A DNA stretch of 59,876 bases, the filler included. It is 4 parts of 4 records of this genome, joined end to end, with 100 filler letters (N's around TTAATTAATTAA, not from the genome) between each part and the next. Parts side by side here need not be neighbours in the genome. Positions count along the whole stretch, not along the records: positions 43,544 to 59,876 come from SRR22947725_2410; 3 more parts are not named here. One strand, 5' to 3'. Within the stretch, counting starts at the first letter, position 1. Every line of letters starts with the position of its first letter. The notes under the pieces are model-generated. The model was not told the DNA's origin. It was given only the letters and a program-made list of their open reading frames with translations, and ran no database searches. The translations under genes and the position numbers were made by a program. Shown piece by piece: positions 58,178 through 59,876 of the stretch.

Positions 58178-59097
58178 TGGCAGCAAGTCCACAGCACACA
58201 CCAACCTCAAGCACCAGCACCTATGCTGGCTTTGGAATACCACTGATCCTACCCGCTTGGATCATAATTGGATTTTTTCTGGTGCTGCCAGTTGGGATAA
58301 TGATGATTTATTCTTTCCTGACCAAAGAATTTCGTGGCGGTGTGATTTGGGAATTTTCACTGAGTGCCTATGACCAGTTTTTCTTTTACCGTGGTCTTTT
58401 TGGGGACGAAGCGCCGAAAATTGAATGGACCTATATAATCATCTTCTGGCGTTCGATTTGGCAAGCGGCGGTTGCTACAGTGTTCTGCCTTATCATCGGC
58501 TTCCCTACAGCATGGTTCATTGCTACCCGCACGGGTCGCAACCGTTCCATCTGGTTATTTTTAATTACCATCCCCTATTGGGTGAACCTACTGATCCGGA
58601 CAATTTCGATGAAATTTCTAATTCGCGACAATGGCCCAATGAATGAACTCTTAATCAACAGTGGTCTGATCTCTGAACCAATTCACATCATCAATACTAA
58701 TCTGGCTGTCCAACTTGGCCTATTCTATTCCTACTTGCCGTTCATGGTGTTGCCAATTTATGCTGCTGTTGAACGCTATAATTTTGCGCTGTCAGAGGCC
58801 GCTGCTGACCTTTACGCCTCGCGAACTATAATCTTGACACAAATTATTCTTCCTACTGTGAAGCCAGGGATCATTGCAGGATGCATTCTTGTATTTGTAC
58901 CAAGTCTTGGGGCTTTCCTTGCACCGGACCTATTGGGTGGAGCAAAGAACTTCATGATTGGCTCTCTGATCGAAGAGCAATTCAAAGGTGCTGCTGGCAA
59001 TTGGCCCTTTGGTGCGGCTGCCTCGATGATCCTTTTATCGATGGTACTAGTGGTTCTCACACTTTACGCTCGCCAACAAACAAGGGAGCAGGGATAA
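58177..59097 (+). CDS. potB: Polyamine-family ABC transporter permease (PotB-like)
   Basis: [32 protein letters not shown]. Confidence 0.85.
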   Translation: MAASPQHTPTSSTSTYAGFGIPLILPAWIIIGFFLVLPVGIMMIYSFLTKEFRGGVIWEFSLSAYDQFFFYRGLFGDEAPKIEWTYIIIFWRSIWQAAVATVFCLIIGFPTAWFIATRTGRNRSIWLFLITIPYWVNLLIRTISMKFLIRDNGPMNELLINSGLISEPIHIINTNLAVQLGLFYSYLPFMVLPIYAAVERYNFALSEAAADLYASRTIILTQIILPTVKPGIIAGCILVFVPSLGAFLAPDLLGGAKNFMIGSLIEEQFKGAAGNWPFGAAASMILLSMVLVVLTLYARQQTREQG

Positions 59098-59876
59098 TGG
59101 TTTCTAAAACCCTTGACTTGCGCCGCTTTCCTGGTTTCTTACCACTGACATTTTTGTGTCTATTTCTGCTTTATACGCCGTTAATTATTGTTATGATTTA
59201 TTCCTTCAATGACAGTGCTTCAATCACCCGATGGGACAGCTTATCCCTGCGGTGGTATCAAGAAGTATTTTTTGGGGTCGAAGCTCCCAAATTCAGAACA
59301 GCCACTTACAATTCGGTCACAATTGCTCTGCTCGCTGCAACATCTGCCACTATTATCGCGACGATGGCCGCCACCGCTATGCTTCGCTCTGGAAAGTTTC
59401 GTGGAAAATCTGCCAGTTTTGCGCTGATCAATCTGCCTCTAATGGTGCCAGAAATTGTGACTGCCGTCGCCACGCTCATCTTTTTCTCGGCTATTGGTTT
59501 TACCGCTGGCTACCTTACTATTGTGCTGGCACATATTGTTTTTTGTATCCCTTTTGCCTATTTGCCTATCGCGGCGAGGATGCAAGGGATTGAAGAAACA
59601 TTCGAACAAGCCGCTCAAGATCTATATGCCACGCGATTTCAAACCTTCCGTCTAATACTTCTCCCTCTCATGACACCAGGAATCATGTCTGGATTCTTAC
59701 TGGCATTTATCATTTCTCTTGATGACTTTATCATCACCAATTTTGTCAAAGGTGCAGGTGTCGAAACTCTGCCTACTGCAATTTATGGTGCCGTGAGACA
59801 AGGCATCAAACCCAATATTATGGCAATTTCTACACTACTACTCGTAGTATCCGTGGTCTTTGTCACCCTGTCCTAT
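59097..59876 (+). CDS. potC: Polyamine-family ABC transporter permease (PotC-like), 3' partial
   Basis: Own translation [14 protein letters not shown]...[14 protein letters not shown]...SLRWY...SLDDF; runs off the window, so absent from the ORF track. Confidence 0.85.
   Translation, partial: MVSKTLDLRRFPGFLPLTFLCLFLLYTPLIIVMIYSFNDSASITRWDSLSLRWYQEVFFGVEAPKFRTATYNSVTIALLAATSATIIATMAATAMLRSGKFRGKSASFALINLPLMVPEIVTAVATLIFFSAIGFTAGYLTIVLAHIVFCIPFAYLPIAARMQGIEETFEQAAQDLYATRFQTFRLILLPLMTPGIMSGFLLAFIISLDDFIITNFVKGAGVETLPTAIYGAVRQGIKPNIMAISTLLLVVSVVFVTLSY

Noticed and set aside
134-59593. Many short antisense or nested ORFs in the track (e.g. 7481-7840, 37325-37807, 39869-40330, 54305-54733, 59231-59593)
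   Set aside because: Shadows of well-supported genes with no recognisable motifs.

Overview
The window is four unrelated contigs joined by artificial 100-nt spacers (N44-TTAATTAATTAA-N44 at 10313-10412, 23346-23445 and 43444-43543), so nothing should be inferred across the spacers. (1) 1-10312 is a low-GC actinobacterium (Actinomarina-like, inferred): korAB, a phosphate locus (pstSCAB, phoU, RegX3/SenX3-like pair, Na/Pi cotransporter, second PhoU) and a PIG-L deacetylase. (2) 10413-23345 is SAR11/Pelagibacter-like housekeeping DNA: cytochrome c oxidase genes, thrC/thrB, rnhA, ispH, retinal synthesis (crtI-crtB-crtY-blh) and ATP synthase b/b'. (3) 23446-43443 is a Bacteroidota (Flavobacteria-like) contig. 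It opens with about 4 kb of integrase-bearing mobile DNA that almost completely lacks the dinucleotide 5'-GC-3': none in 24634-27448, and its five proteins carry one alanine in about 930 residues. It continues with a TonB receptor-phytase operon, mobile-element debris interrupting a crtA-like gene, mevalonate genes and PhoPR. (4) 43544-59876 is an alphaproteobacterial catabolic island resembling histamine/imidazole-acetate (hin) catabolism. It uses a histamine dehydrogenase, carries duplicated RidA/DUF1028/LysR/ArgE modules and two extra Rieske oxygenases, has a fusion scar, and shows a four-site palindromic LysR operator. The strongest candidates for undescribed biology are the GpC-free, alanine-free element and the Rieske-extended imidazole pathway. 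All family assignments are from motif recognition; no database search was run.
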